Shown: in pieces, positions 1-9,048 of the stretch
Numbering within the stretch: the first letter of the stretch is position 1
Layout: each line of letters begins with the position of its first letter
Assembly: GCA_036265225.1 (NCBI GenBank)
Contig: DATAPM010000188.1
Location: 1-35,293 of the forward strand
Reading direction: 5' to 3'
DNA length: 35,293 nt
From: Vulcanimicrobiaceae bacterium
GTDB lineage: Bacteria; Vulcanimicrobiota; Vulcanimicrobiia; Vulcanimicrobiales; Vulcanimicrobiaceae
The notes under the pieces: model-generated
What the model saw: only the letters and a program-made list of their open reading frames with translations
The model's database searches: none
Told to the model about the DNA's origin: nothing
Position numbers and translations under genes: made by a program

Positions 1-1
1 G

Positions 2-1420
2 CTGCCATATGGGTCGTCGCTCGACCGCAACGCCGCACTTCTTGGGCGAATCGAAAAAGACATCACATCGGTTCACGGCGTTGCCGACGTCATATCGCTG
101 GCGGGATATAACCTGCTTACGTCAATCCAGACCGCCGATGCGTCCAGCCTGATCATCGTGCTCAAGCCGTGGGACGAACGAACCAAGGAGCATCTGACGC
201 TGCACGGCATCATCAAAGACATTGGCGATAAGATGAACGCCTATCCGCAGGCCTTCTCGTTCCCATTCGTTCCGCCAACGATACCGGGCCTCGGAAATGC
301 CTCGGGGTTCGCCTTCGAACTAGAAGACCGCTCCGGCCATACGGTCAACGAGCTGGCCGCCGTCGCGGACAAGGTCGTCGCCGCGGCTCGCAAACGCCCC
401 GAGCTGACCTCGATCAATAACACCATGCGAACCTCGATTCCGCAGCTCGACTTGGACGTCGATCGCGAGCGCGCCGCAGCGCGCGGCGTTTCGGTCAACG
501 ATGTCTTCTCGCAGCTCCAGGCGATGCTCGGAGGCCTGGTCGTCGACGAGTTCACGCTATTCAACCGTACGTGGGACGTCATGATTCAGGCCGAGCCCGC
601 GTTTCGAGCCAACGCCTCCAGCATTTCATCCATCTACGCTCGCAACGATACGGGGCAGATGGTTCCGCTGCGGACCCTGACGACGGTGAAGAGGGGGTTG
701 GGAACGGATTTCATTCAGCGCTTCAACACCAACCGCGAGATTGAGATCTTCGGCTCGAATGCACCCGGCTTTAGCACCGGCCAGGCCATTGCTGCGATGG
801 CGGATGTTGCGACAAAGGCGGTGCCGGCTGGATATGGCTTTGGCTGGTCGGGAACCGCCTATCAGGAAGTCGCCGTCGGAAACACCCAAACGATCATCTT
901 TATCTTCTCCATTCTACTCGTGTTCTTGGCGCTCGCCGCACAGTACGAAAGCTGGGTGATGCCGCTCGCGGTTCTTCTCGCCGTTCCAACCGGCGTGTTC
1001 GGCGCGTTTCTTTCGGTCTTGATGTGGCGGCTCGACAATAATATCTACGTTCAAATCGGCATCATCTTGGTAATCGGCCTGGCGGCAAAGAACGGCGTCC
1101 TGATCGTAGAGTTCGCGCGCGAGCGGCGGGCCCACGGCGCATCCATCACCGAAGCGGCCGTGGACGCCGCGCGCCTGCGCTTCCGGCCGATCCTCATGAC
1201 GTCGTTCGCCTTCATTATCGGCGTCGTTCCGCTGATGTTCGCCCACGGCGCGGGCGCCGCCTCACGCCAGTCGCTCGGCACGACGGTTTTTGCCGGAATG
1301 CTCGCCGCCACGTGTTTCGGAATCTTCTTTACACCATCGCTCTACGAGCTTAGCCAGAAGTTCATCGAGCGCAAGCGCAAGCCGACCGGGGCCGCCGCGG
1401 CCGGCGAGGAGCCGGCGTGA
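2..1420 (+). CDS. RND (HAE1/AcrB-family) multidrug efflux permease, C-terminal part; 5' end lies outside the window
   Basis: Frame 2 is open from nt 2, so the gene is truncated by the window edge rather than starting at the Met at 158. Motifs AAQYESWVMPLAVLLAVP, GLAAKNGVLIVEFARE and LRFRPILMTSFAFIIGVVPL match the conserved C-terminal TM region of AcrB-type pumps. The stop overlaps the next start (GTGA). Confidence 0.9.
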   Translation: MPYGSSLDRNAALLGRIEKDITSVHGVADVISLAGYNLLTSIQTADASSLIIVLKPWDERTKEHLTLHGIIKDIGDKMNAYPQAFSFPFVPPTIPGLGNASGFAFELEDRSGHTVNELAAVADKVVAAARKRPELTSINNTMRTSIPQLDLDVDRERAAARGVSVNDVFSQLQAMLGGLVVDEFTLFNRTWDVMIQAEPAFRANASSISSIYARNDTGQMVPLRTLTTVKRGLGTDFIQRFNTNREIEIFGSNAPGFSTGQAIAAMADVATKAVPAGYGFGWSGTAYQEVAVGNTQTIIFIFSILLVFLALAAQYESWVMPLAVLLAVPTGVFGAFLSVLMWRLDNNIYVQIGIILVIGLAAKNGVLIVEFARERRAHGASITEAAVDAARLRFRPILMTSFAFIIGVVPLMFAHGAGAASRQSLGTTVFAGMLAATCFGIFFTPSLYELSQKFIERKRKPTGAAAAGEEPA

Positions 1421-2853
1421 AGCTCCTCATCGGGCTAGTCGCGCTCGTACAGCTGATCGCCTCGTGCGTTCCGCCGACGCCTTCGCAGCCACCCCCCGCA
1501 CAGGAGCCGCCGGTCTATCGCGGTGCCGCGTCGACCGCAACTTCGCTCGCCAATCTGCCGTGGCGCAAACTTTACGACGATCCGGTGCTCCAAGATCTCA
1601 TCCAACGCGCGCTGACGCACAACTTCGACGTGGGAATTGCCTACGCGTCGGTACTGCAAGCCGAAGCGAGCCTCGGCATCACGGCCGCGAATCAATCGGT
1701 CTTCGTGAACGGACTGCTCGAAGCGCCCTATGAGGCGACGACCGGCAGCAAGCCGCCGGGAACGCCGTCGAGTCAGTTCGCGCCGCAGGCCGGCATCGGC
1801 GTGAGTTATCAGGTCGACCTCTTTGGTAAGCTAGCCTCCGCAACCGGAGCGGCACGCGATCGGCTTCTCGAGTCGCAGTCCGCTGCGAACACCGTGCTCG
1901 CTACCGTCGTGGCGCAGGTCGCGACCGCCTACTTCCAGCTGCGCGAACTCGACGAAGTCTACGTCTTCACCGAGCAAGCCATAGGGGTACGCGAAGAAAA
2001 TTTGCGTCTGGCGAAACTTCGGGTCGAAGGCGGCGTCTCGTCAATGCAGGATCAGCGGCAGGCCGAACAATCGCTCTACGAAGTCACGCAACAGCTTCCG
2101 GTGATCCGCCAGAGCATCGCGCAGAACGAAAACGCGCTCTCGGTGTTGACCGGCGATTACCCGCACGACATTGCGCGCGGTTTGCCCCTGAGCGCACAAG
2201 TCAAGATGCCGGCCGTGCCGCCGGCCGGAGTCCCCAGCGAACTGCTGCAGCGCCGGCCCGATATCGTATCGGCCGAGTACGCCATCGCCGCGGCTGCCGG
2301 CAACGTTGACGTGGCGCGCAAGCTGCTCTATCCCTCGCTTTCGCTGGGCGGCACGGCAGCGGTCGGCGGGCAAGGCGTGAGCGGAGAATATCCTAACGCC
2401 ACCGGCGCGCTGGCACAGCTAGCGAAGGTCAACAACGTCTTCTACGGACCGATGGGGCTCTTCTCGCTCGTGGCGCAGCTACTGCAGCCGATCTTCAACG
2501 GCGGCCAGATTCGTTCGGAGATTCACCTAGCGCAGGCGCAGCAGCAACAGATCACGATCTCGTATTTGCAGACGGTCCATCGGGCTTTCGAGGAAGTCTC
2601 TGACGACGTCACGGCGTACAACCAATCGACGCTGCGCACCGCGCAACTCGAGCTCTACGAAAAAGCGTCGCTCGATTCCGTCCGTCTAGCCGTCGAGCGG
2701 TACGACAACGGGTATACGTCATACCTCGAAGTACTCGACGCCCAGACGCGCGCCTACCAAGCCCAGACCGACACCGCCCAGAGCCAGCTCAACGAGCGGT
2801 TGGCGCTCGTGCAACTCTACCTTGCGTTGGGCGGCGGTTGGCAAACTCAATGA
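1417..2853 (+). CDS. RND efflux outer-membrane factor lipoprotein (NodT/OprM family)
   Basis: GTG start sits 5-10 nt after GAGGAG and overlaps the pump gene's stop. Signal peptide with lipobox [23 protein letters not shown] is the typical OMF motif. Two-repeat coiled architecture and a size of 478 aa fit the family. Confidence 0.9.
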   Translation: MKLLIGLVALVQLIASCVPPTPSQPPPAQEPPVYRGAASTATSLANLPWRKLYDDPVLQDLIQRALTHNFDVGIAYASVLQAEASLGITAANQSVFVNGLLEAPYEATTGSKPPGTPSSQFAPQAGIGVSYQVDLFGKLASATGAARDRLLESQSAANTVLATVVAQVATAYFQLRELDEVYVFTEQAIGVREENLRLAKLRVEGGVSSMQDQRQAEQSLYEVTQQLPVIRQSIAQNENALSVLTGDYPHDIARGLPLSAQVKMPAVPPAGVPSELLQRRPDIVSAEYAIAAAAGNVDVARKLLYPSLSLGGTAAVGGQGVSGEYPNATGALAQLAKVNNVFYGPMGLFSLVAQLLQPIFNGGQIRSEIHLAQAQQQQITISYLQTVHRAFEEVSDDVTAYNQSTLRTAQLELYEKASLDSVRLAVERYDNGYTSYLEVLDAQTRAYQAQTDTAQSQLNERLALVQLYLALGGGWQTQ

Positions 2854-2878
2854 AACCTTCACCATATCGGAGGTCCCT

Positions 2879-4585
2879 ATGGATTGGTTCGTAGCTACCC
2901 TGCGACAGTATCCGGAGATCGCTCTCTTTTTATCGCTCGGAATCGGTTACTGGGTCGGCGGCAAGAGTTTCAAGGGATTCAGCCTGGGCGCGGTAACGGC
3001 GACGTTGCTCGCCGCAATCGCGCTCGGGCAGCTCGGCATCAAAGTCTCGCCGGATTTGAAGGCGACCTTCTTCCTATTATTTCTTTTTGCGATCGGTTAC
3101 GGTGTCGGCCCCCAGTTCATTCGCGGAATTACGAAGGACGGTCTTCCTCAAGCCATCTACGCCGTCATCGTCTGCCTGTTTTGTTTGGGTGCCGCCGTCG
3201 GGGTAGCCAAGATCGCCGGCTACGACGCCGGCGCGGCGGCCGGGCTCTTCGCGGGGTCGCAAACGATTTCGGCATCCATGGGCCTCGCAACCGACGCCAT
3301 CAATCGCCTCGCCCTCGGGCCCGACCAGACGAAATCGTTGCTCGACATCATGCCGACGGCCTACGCTATCACTTACATTTTCGGTACCGTCGGATCGGCG
3401 ATCGTCATCGCGATATTCGGGCCGATTCTGCTGCGAATCGACCTCAAAAAAGCCGCCAAAGAATACGAAGAAACACACGGCGGAAAGCGTGCGCTGGGGG
3501 GCCTTGGCGACGCATGGCGCGCGTACGACGTGCGGGCATTCAAGATCGCACCCGACGCCAAAGTCGCCGGCAAAACCGTCAGCGAAACCGAGGCTATGCT
3601 CACCGAAGCGACCGCAGCTTTGGGGAATCGCATGTACGTTCTCAGTATCCGCCGCGATAATAAGATCGTCGAGGCAACCAGCGACCTGATCATACAGGTG
3701 GGCGACACCGTTTCGGTGGTGGGCGAACGCGATCAGATAATCGGGCTGCTCGGCCAAGCATCAAAGGAAGTTGACGATCCGGAGCTGATTTCGGCGCCGG
3801 TCGAAGGCGTAGACGTTTACGTCACGAGCAAGGCAGCCGACGGCAAGACGCTCGAGGAGCTCGGGAACCTTCCGGGCGCGCGCGGCGTCTACGTCCGAGC
3901 AATCAAGCGCGGAATGACCGAGACCGCGATTCCCGTGCTTGGCGATTCGAAGCTGTACCGGGGCGACGTCGTTACCCTCGTTGGTCGCACGCAAGATACG
4001 GCGGTTGCAGCAGCAGCGTTGGGCGTCGTCGACCGCGCCACCGACGTCGCCGATGTCGCTTTCATCGGTATTGCGATTACGATCGGCGCTCTGATCGGCG
4101 CGGTCGTGATTAAGGTCGCCGGGGTACCCATTACGCTCTCGACGGCCGGCGGCGCGCTGATTCTCGGCATCGTCGCCGGATGGTACCGCGGTATCCGCCC
4201 GACCTTTGGACGTATTCCGACGCCGACGCTGTGGTTCATGAACTCGGTTGGGCTCAACATGTTCATCGCCGTCATCGGATTAACGGCAGGGCCGAAGTTT
4301 GTCGCCGGTCTGCAGCAGCTCGGATTCGGCCTCTTCTTATGGGGAATTGTCGCCACCACGGTGCCGCTGATTCTGGGCATGTTCCTCGCCAAGTACGTCT
4401 TCCGCTTCCACGATGCGATCACGCTCGGCGCGATCTCGGGGGCGCGGACGACGACCGCCTCGCTCGGAATGGTCATCGACGCCGCGGAGAGCCAAGTTCC
4501 CAGCCTTGGTTACACCGTTACGTATGCCGTCGGGAACACGCTGCTGACGATCTGGGGCATGTTCATGATCATGCTCGTTCACTGA
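2879..4585 (+). CDS. AAE-family (AspT/YidE/YbjL-type) transporter with two central RCK_C/TrkA_C domains
   Basis: Start refined to the ATG at 2879 ([28 protein letters not shown]), preceded by GGAGG at 2869-2873. There are two hydrophobic multi-TM halves. They are separated by two soluble repeats: VAGKTVSE...[16 protein letters not shown] and [10 protein letters not shown]...[15 protein letters not shown]. This is the YbjL/YidE/AspT layout. Confidence 0.8.
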   Translation: MDWFVATLRQYPEIALFLSLGIGYWVGGKSFKGFSLGAVTATLLAAIALGQLGIKVSPDLKATFFLLFLFAIGYGVGPQFIRGITKDGLPQAIYAVIVCLFCLGAAVGVAKIAGYDAGAAAGLFAGSQTISASMGLATDAINRLALGPDQTKSLLDIMPTAYAITYIFGTVGSAIVIAIFGPILLRIDLKKAAKEYEETHGGKRALGGLGDAWRAYDVRAFKIAPDAKVAGKTVSETEAMLTEATAALGNRMYVLSIRRDNKIVEATSDLIIQVGDTVSVVGERDQIIGLLGQASKEVDDPELISAPVEGVDVYVTSKAADGKTLEELGNLPGARGVYVRAIKRGMTETAIPVLGDSKLYRGDVVTLVGRTQDTAVAAAALGVVDRATDVADVAFIGIAITIGALIGAVVIKVAGVPITLSTAGGALILGIVAGWYRGIRPTFGRIPTPTLWFMNSVGLNMFIAVIGLTAGPKFVAGLQQLGFGLFLWGIVATTVPLILGMFLAKYVFRFHDAITLGAISGARTTTASLGMVIDAAESQVPSLGYTVTYAVGNTLLTIWGMFMIMLVH

Positions 4586-4620
4586 CGCACCAATAAGCAA
4601 CTAGGAAAAGGACATCACAA

Positions 4621-7359
4621 ATGAGTAGCCCGGAGAGCCGGAACGGCCGGCAAGTAGACTCTTTCTTCGCAACGCCGGGAGCGCGCGAAGATCGTTGGCG
4701 CGATCTCGTGGACGCCGCCAAAAAGTGGGCTGCCGGAACCGGAAGCCGCGCGACATTCGAGTCGGCACTAAACGATGCGGCCGCGATCGAAGAGTTTCAC
4801 GGCTATCCAGGCCCAGTGCTGATGGCGGCGCTGCGCGATCGTGCCGAAGGCGACGATGCCGCGGGAGCCGCCGCGCTCGCCTGGCGCATCTCTTCAGCCT
4901 TGCTGACGCGTTCGTTCCGGCAGCATGCGTCGGATTGGGACCCGCATGCCGATATCTCGAGCGACGTCGCCAACGTCTTGCCGCCGACGCTCGGGCGCTC
5001 CGATGCGGGACGACCGTATTTCGAGGTCCTCATCGTCACCGGGGCGCCAATCGAGCGCTGGACTTCGATCGCGGCGGAGTGGCGGCGGCTACGCCGTTCA
5101 CAAGACGAGTTCGTCTACGAGCCGGTCATCGTCGGGAGCGCCGAGGATGCCGTCTGCGCGGCGATGCTTAATGCCGACCTCGCCGCCGTGGTAATCCACG
5201 ACGGTTTTGGATATCGCTCGCGGCACGATGCCCCGGCTCTCCGCAGCATCGTCGATCAGGTTGCAAAGAAAGAGCTTTCGGACGGATCCGCGCTGCGCTT
5301 GGCGCGCGTCATACACCAGTCGCGTCCCGAGCTCGATCTCTATCTGCTGTCGGATCGCCGCGTCGAAGAGATAGCCGGTGATCCGGCAGCCGACATCGTG
5401 CGGCGCATTTTCTACGCCGTGGAAGAGCTGCTCGAGCTGCACCTTGCGATCCTCGAGGGCGTTGCGGCCCGTTATGAAACGCCGTTCTTCGATAACTTGA
5501 AAAAATATGCCGAACGGCCGATCTCGACATTTCACGCCCTCCCGATCGCTCGCGGCGCGTCGATCTTTAAGTCGGATTGGATCCGCGACATGGGCGAGTT
5601 TTACGGTCCGACGCTTTTCCTGGCTGAGAGCAGCGCCACGACGGGCGGCCTCGACAGCATGCTGGAGCCGACGGGCACGATTAAGCGCGCGCAGGAACTA
5701 ACGGCGCGCGCGTTCGGCGCCGAGCGCGTGTTTTTCGTGACCAACGGTACGTCGACGAGCAACAAGATGGTCGTGCAGGCATTACTCTCGCCCGGCGACA
5801 TTGCGATCGTGGACCGCAACTGCCACAAGTCGCATCACTACGGAATGGTGTTGGCCGGCGCGCAGCCGCTCTACGTCGAAGCCTTCCCGCTCACCGAATA
5901 CTCGATGTACGGAGCGGTGCCGCTGCGCACGATCAAACAAGCGCTGCTCGCAGCCAAAGCCGAAGGGCGGCTCGACCGCGTCAAGATGGTCGATCTGACC
6001 AACTGCACGTTTGACGGCCACATCTACAACACGCGCCGTGTCATGGAAGAGTGTCTGGCCATCAAACCGGATCTGATCTTTCTCTGGGACGAGGCTTGGT
6101 TTGGGTTCGCGCGCTGGTCGCCGTTCCTGCGCCCGCGCACCGCGATGGGCGCAGCCAACGATATCGAGGAGTGGCTGCGCGACCCGGCGAGCCTGGCCGC
6201 CTACGAGCGGCAGCAGGCCGAACTGGGAAGCGATCCGTCGGAGGAGGCGCTACTCGATGCGCGCTTGCTGCCCGATCCCCGCGAAGTGCGGCTGCGCGTC
6301 TACCAGACCAACTCGACGCACAAGTCCATGTCGGCGTTGCGGCAAGGGTCGATGATCCTAGTGAAGGACGTGGAGTATCACACCGTCGAGCAGCAGTTTA
6401 AAGAGGCGGTCTTCACGCACGCTTCCACCAGTCCCAACCAACAACTGATCGCCAGCCTCGACGTCGCGCGGCGGCAGATGGAGCTCGAGGGGTTTGGTCT
6501 CGTGGCGAACGCGATCGAGGTTGCGCTGTCAATACGCCGCGAGGTCAACCGGCATCCGTTGATCTCCAAGTACTTTCACGTCGTCGGAGCCGACGGGATG
6601 GTCCCGGCTGAATATCGCAAGAGCGGATTCACCGACTTCCTCGCGCCCGATGCGAACTGGGCGACCGCCCTAAAGAGCATGCGCGACGACGAGTTCTGCC
6701 TCGATCCCACGCGAATGACGCTCGTGTGCGGGACGGCCGGTTATGACGGAACCCAGTTCAAGAATCTGCTGGCGGGCAAGTACAACATCCAGCTCAACAA
6801 GACGTCGCGCAACAGCGTGCTGCTGCAGTCAAACATCAACAACACGCGCAGCGACGTGGCGCACTTGATCCGCGTCCTCGTCGAGATCTGCCGGGAGATC
6901 GAAGAACGGCTCGCGGCCCGCGGCGAGGGAGAACGCAGCGACTTTGCCGCTCGCGTGAAGAGTTTGATGACCGACGTTCCGGATCTGCCGAATTTCAGCG
7001 CCTTTCATGACGCCTTTCGACACGATGCCGGACCCAGCACCAATGAAGGCGACATCCGCGGCGGATTCTACGCCGCCTACGATGCCGCGGGATGCGACCA
7101 CATTCGGCTTCACGATAAGGAGATCGATCGCCGTTTAAAAGACGGACCGCCCCTGGTATCGGCAAATTTCGTGATTCCCTATCCGCCCGGCTTTCCGATC
7201 ATGGTTCCGGGTCAAGTCATCACCGCCGACACGATCGAGTTCATGCGGAAGCTCGACGTAAAAGAGATCCATGGCTACAACGCCACGCAGGGGTTAAAAC
7301 TCATCAGTCCGGCCGCGTTAGCGAAACTCGACCGACTAAAATCGCACTCGGCACCTTAA
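4621..7359 (+). CDS. Long-form fold-I PLP-dependent Orn/Lys/Arg-type amino-acid decarboxylase (OKR_DC_1 family), substrate unknown
   Basis: The major domain is recognisable from FHALPIARGASIF...FFVTNGTSTSNKMVVQALLSPGDIAIVDRNCHKSHHYG. NSTHKSMSALRQGSMILVKD corresponds to the PLP-lysine motif (compare S-x-HK in LdcI/AdiA). The C-terminal domain carries VIPYPPGFPIMVPGQVIT...KEIHGY. A receiver-like wing segment (YFEVLIVTG...VVIHDGFGY) is preceded by an extra ~130 aa. A GGAAAAGGA ribosome-binding site lies upstream of the ATG. Confidence 0.9.
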   Translation: MSSPESRNGRQVDSFFATPGAREDRWRDLVDAAKKWAAGTGSRATFESALNDAAAIEEFHGYPGPVLMAALRDRAEGDDAAGAAALAWRISSALLTRSFRQHASDWDPHADISSDVANVLPPTLGRSDAGRPYFEVLIVTGAPIERWTSIAAEWRRLRRSQDEFVYEPVIVGSAEDAVCAAMLNADLAAVVIHDGFGYRSRHDAPALRSIVDQVAKKELSDGSALRLARVIHQSRPELDLYLLSDRRVEEIAGDPAADIVRRIFYAVEELLELHLAILEGVAARYETPFFDNLKKYAERPISTFHALPIARGASIFKSDWIRDMGEFYGPTLFLAESSATTGGLDSMLEPTGTIKRAQELTARAFGAERVFFVTNGTSTSNKMVVQALLSPGDIAIVDRNCHKSHHYGMVLAGAQPLYVEAFPLTEYSMYGAVPLRTIKQALLAAKAEGRLDRVKMVDLTNCTFDGHIYNTRRVMEECLAIKPDLIFLWDEAWFGFARWSPFLRPRTAMGAANDIEEWLRDPASLAAYERQQAELGSDPSEEALLDARLLPDPREVRLRVYQTNSTHKSMSALRQGSMILVKDVEYHTVEQQFKEAVFTHASTSPNQQLIASLDVARRQMELEGFGLVANAIEVALSIRREVNRHPLISKYFHVVGADGMVPAEYRKSGFTDFLAPDANWATALKSMRDDEFCLDPTRMTLVCGTAGYDGTQFKNLLAGKYNIQLNKTSRNSVLLQSNINNTRSDVAHLIRVLVEICREIEERLAARGEGERSDFAARVKSLMTDVPDLPNFSAFHDAFRHDAGPSTNEGDIRGGFYAAYDAAGCDHIRLHDKEIDRRLKDGPPLVSANFVIPYPPGFPIMVPGQVITADTIEFMRKLDVKEIHGYNATQGLKLISPAALAKLDRLKSHSAP

Positions 7360-7501
7360 GCTGCGGCCCGCGACGACGGGATGCTGCGCCGGCCCCGTTG
7401 AAGTGCCAAATGCTCGCTTGGCTCACCATTCGATAGATTTGGGCGGCGAGGCGGGCTCCTTCGAGGCCCAACCACACGAAGAAAGGACAACTATCGTTAA
7501 T

Positions 7502-8188
7502 ATGAAGCGCTTTACTATATCACTGATGTGCGGCGTCGCGATTGCGGCGACCTCGGTCGTGGCGGCCTTCGCGAGCCCTCCGAGCGTCAATGGCACGTGG
7601 ACGATCGAACAGACCGGACTCAACGGGAATTCGACGTCGACCGTTACCCTCAAGCAATCGGGGATGACCGTCGTCGGCACCAATTCCGCCAACGGCAACG
7701 GGTTCAGCGGAGAGTTCGTTACCGACTCCCAGATCAACGCTAAATGGAAAGGCCCCGGCGGCGCCGGCTGGCTGACCGTCTACGTTACGCCGAACGGCCA
7801 CAGTCTCAACGGTACGTGGGGCTACAACGGGCGTAAGGCCAACGGCACGTTCGTCGGAAACAAAGTCCTGCCGCCTTCGCCCTTGTCGGCGGCCGGAAAC
7901 TGGAACGTCGTCGGAGCGGGCGGCCCGTCTGCGTTCGTCGGCAAGATGACTTGCAAGCAGTCCGGTCCCTCCGTGGTCTGCATCGCCGGCGGCGTGACGC
8001 TGAACGGAAAGCAAACGCCCTCCGACCAGCGTAAAGTCAGAGCGACCTTCCATATGGGCGGCGCGAACGGCGTGTTCTCGTTCTGGTTCAACAACGACAA
8101 TAACAGCTTCAACGGCGTGTGGTGGAAGGGCGACGGTACGGGGACTCCGACCGGCCGCGTCATCGGCCAGCGCTCGCTCAACAAATAA
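7502..8188 (+). CDS. Secreted hypothetical protein with two tandem ~95-aa beta-rich repeats
   Basis: Start refined from 7403 to the in-frame ATG at 7502, because MKRFTISLMCGVAIAATSVVAAFA is a classical signal peptide. The two halves align on G-x-W, KQSG-x-x-VV and S-[LF]-NG-[TV]-W. I recognise no family. Confidence 0.7.
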   Translation: MKRFTISLMCGVAIAATSVVAAFASPPSVNGTWTIEQTGLNGNSTSTVTLKQSGMTVVGTNSANGNGFSGEFVTDSQINAKWKGPGGAGWLTVYVTPNGHSLNGTWGYNGRKANGTFVGNKVLPPSPLSAAGNWNVVGAGGPSAFVGKMTCKQSGPSVVCIAGGVTLNGKQTPSDQRKVRATFHMGGANGVFSFWFNNDNNSFNGVWWKGDGTGTPTGRVIGQRSLNK

Positions 8189-8214
8189 CCGGACTTCGCT
8201 TAGGCGAATCCAAA

Positions 8215-8247
8215 CTCGGGCGGGCAGTGTCCCGCCCGAGTTTTTTT
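8215..8247 (+). terminator. Rho-independent terminator
   Basis: CTCGGGCGGG (8215-8224), loop CAGTGT, then CCCGCCCGAG (8231-8240): a perfect 10-bp GC-rich stem followed by TTTTTTT (8241-8247). It lies 27 nt after the stop at 8188. Confidence 0.85.
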
Positions 8248-8271
8248 CAAGCGACGGCGAAGTACTAAAAC

Positions 8272-9048
8272 GTGGTGAATTTTTTGAATCCGGTGCCAAC
8301 CTGGGCGATCGTGCTCGGAGCGGCGCTGCTGATCTTTGCGATGAACGAGGCCGGCTTTCGCCTGGGTCGCAGTAAAGGCCCGGGCCTGACCAGCCAAGAC
8401 CCATCGGCCGTCGTTCAGGGCGCGGCCTTTACCGTGCTGGCGCTGCTTCTCGGCTTTTCGTTCTCGCTGGCACTCGGAAGATACGATGCGCGGCGCGGCG
8501 CGCTGACGCGCGAAGCTAATGCGATCGGAACGACCTACATCCGGGCGAAGCTCCTCGACGCGCGCGACGCCGAAACCGCCCGAACCGATCTGCGCGCTTA
8601 CGTCGAGCAACGAATCGCCTTCGCTCGCGCCGATGCGAATCCCGACCAACGGAGACTTGCCGAGACAAAATCGGTGGAAATCCAGCGCGATTTGTGGCAG
8701 CTTGCGGCGCAGGCCGCGCACCGCGACCCGCGCTCGACGATCGTCCCGCTCTTCATAAACGCGCTCAACGACACGATCGCTCTCAGCATTGAAGAGGCGG
8801 CGGTGCTCAGCGCCCACATCCCCGATATCGTCATCATCGGAATTCTTCTGATTGCGTTCATCGCGTCGGCGATGATGGGCTACGGCTTTGGACGCCAAGG
8901 CCAGCGCGCACTCGCTTTCAAAGGCCTCTTTGCGATTATGCTGGCGATCACCATCGGCTTGATTCTCGATCTCGACCGGCCGCAGCGTGGGCTCATCCGC
9001 GTGAATCTGGCGCCCCTGCAGAACGTGCAGCGATTGATACAACCATGA
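8272..9048 (+). CDS. Uncharacterised membrane protein, DUF4239-like
   Basis: GTG start. One N-terminal TM, a second TM (AAFTVLALLLGFSFSLALGRYDARR), a soluble helical middle, and two C-terminal TMs. The segment LGRYDARRGALTREANAIGTTYIRAKLL resembles what I recall of DUF4239. The antisense 359-aa ORF is Arg-rich and was rejected. Confidence 0.65.
   Translation: MVNFLNPVPTWAIVLGAALLIFAMNEAGFRLGRSKGPGLTSQDPSAVVQGAAFTVLALLLGFSFSLALGRYDARRGALTREANAIGTTYIRAKLLDARDAETARTDLRAYVEQRIAFARADANPDQRRLAETKSVEIQRDLWQLAAQAAHRDPRSTIVPLFINALNDTIALSIEEAAVLSAHIPDIVIIGILLIAFIASAMMGYGFGRQGQRALAFKGLFAIMLAITIGLILDLDRPQRGLIRVNLAPLQNVQRLIQP

Noticed and set aside
7360-7501. Possible terminator or regulatory RNA in the 142-nt gap after the decarboxylase
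   Set aside because: Only weak 4-bp stems (CCCG...CGGG, GGGC...GCCC) with no U-tract and no recognisable riboswitch core. I could not support any structure.
7520-8404. 294-aa minus-strand ORF antisense to the secreted repeat protein
   Set aside because: Arg/Pro/Ala-rich shadow ORF with no signal or domain features. The plus-strand gene has a signal peptide, an internal repeat structure and a downstream terminator.
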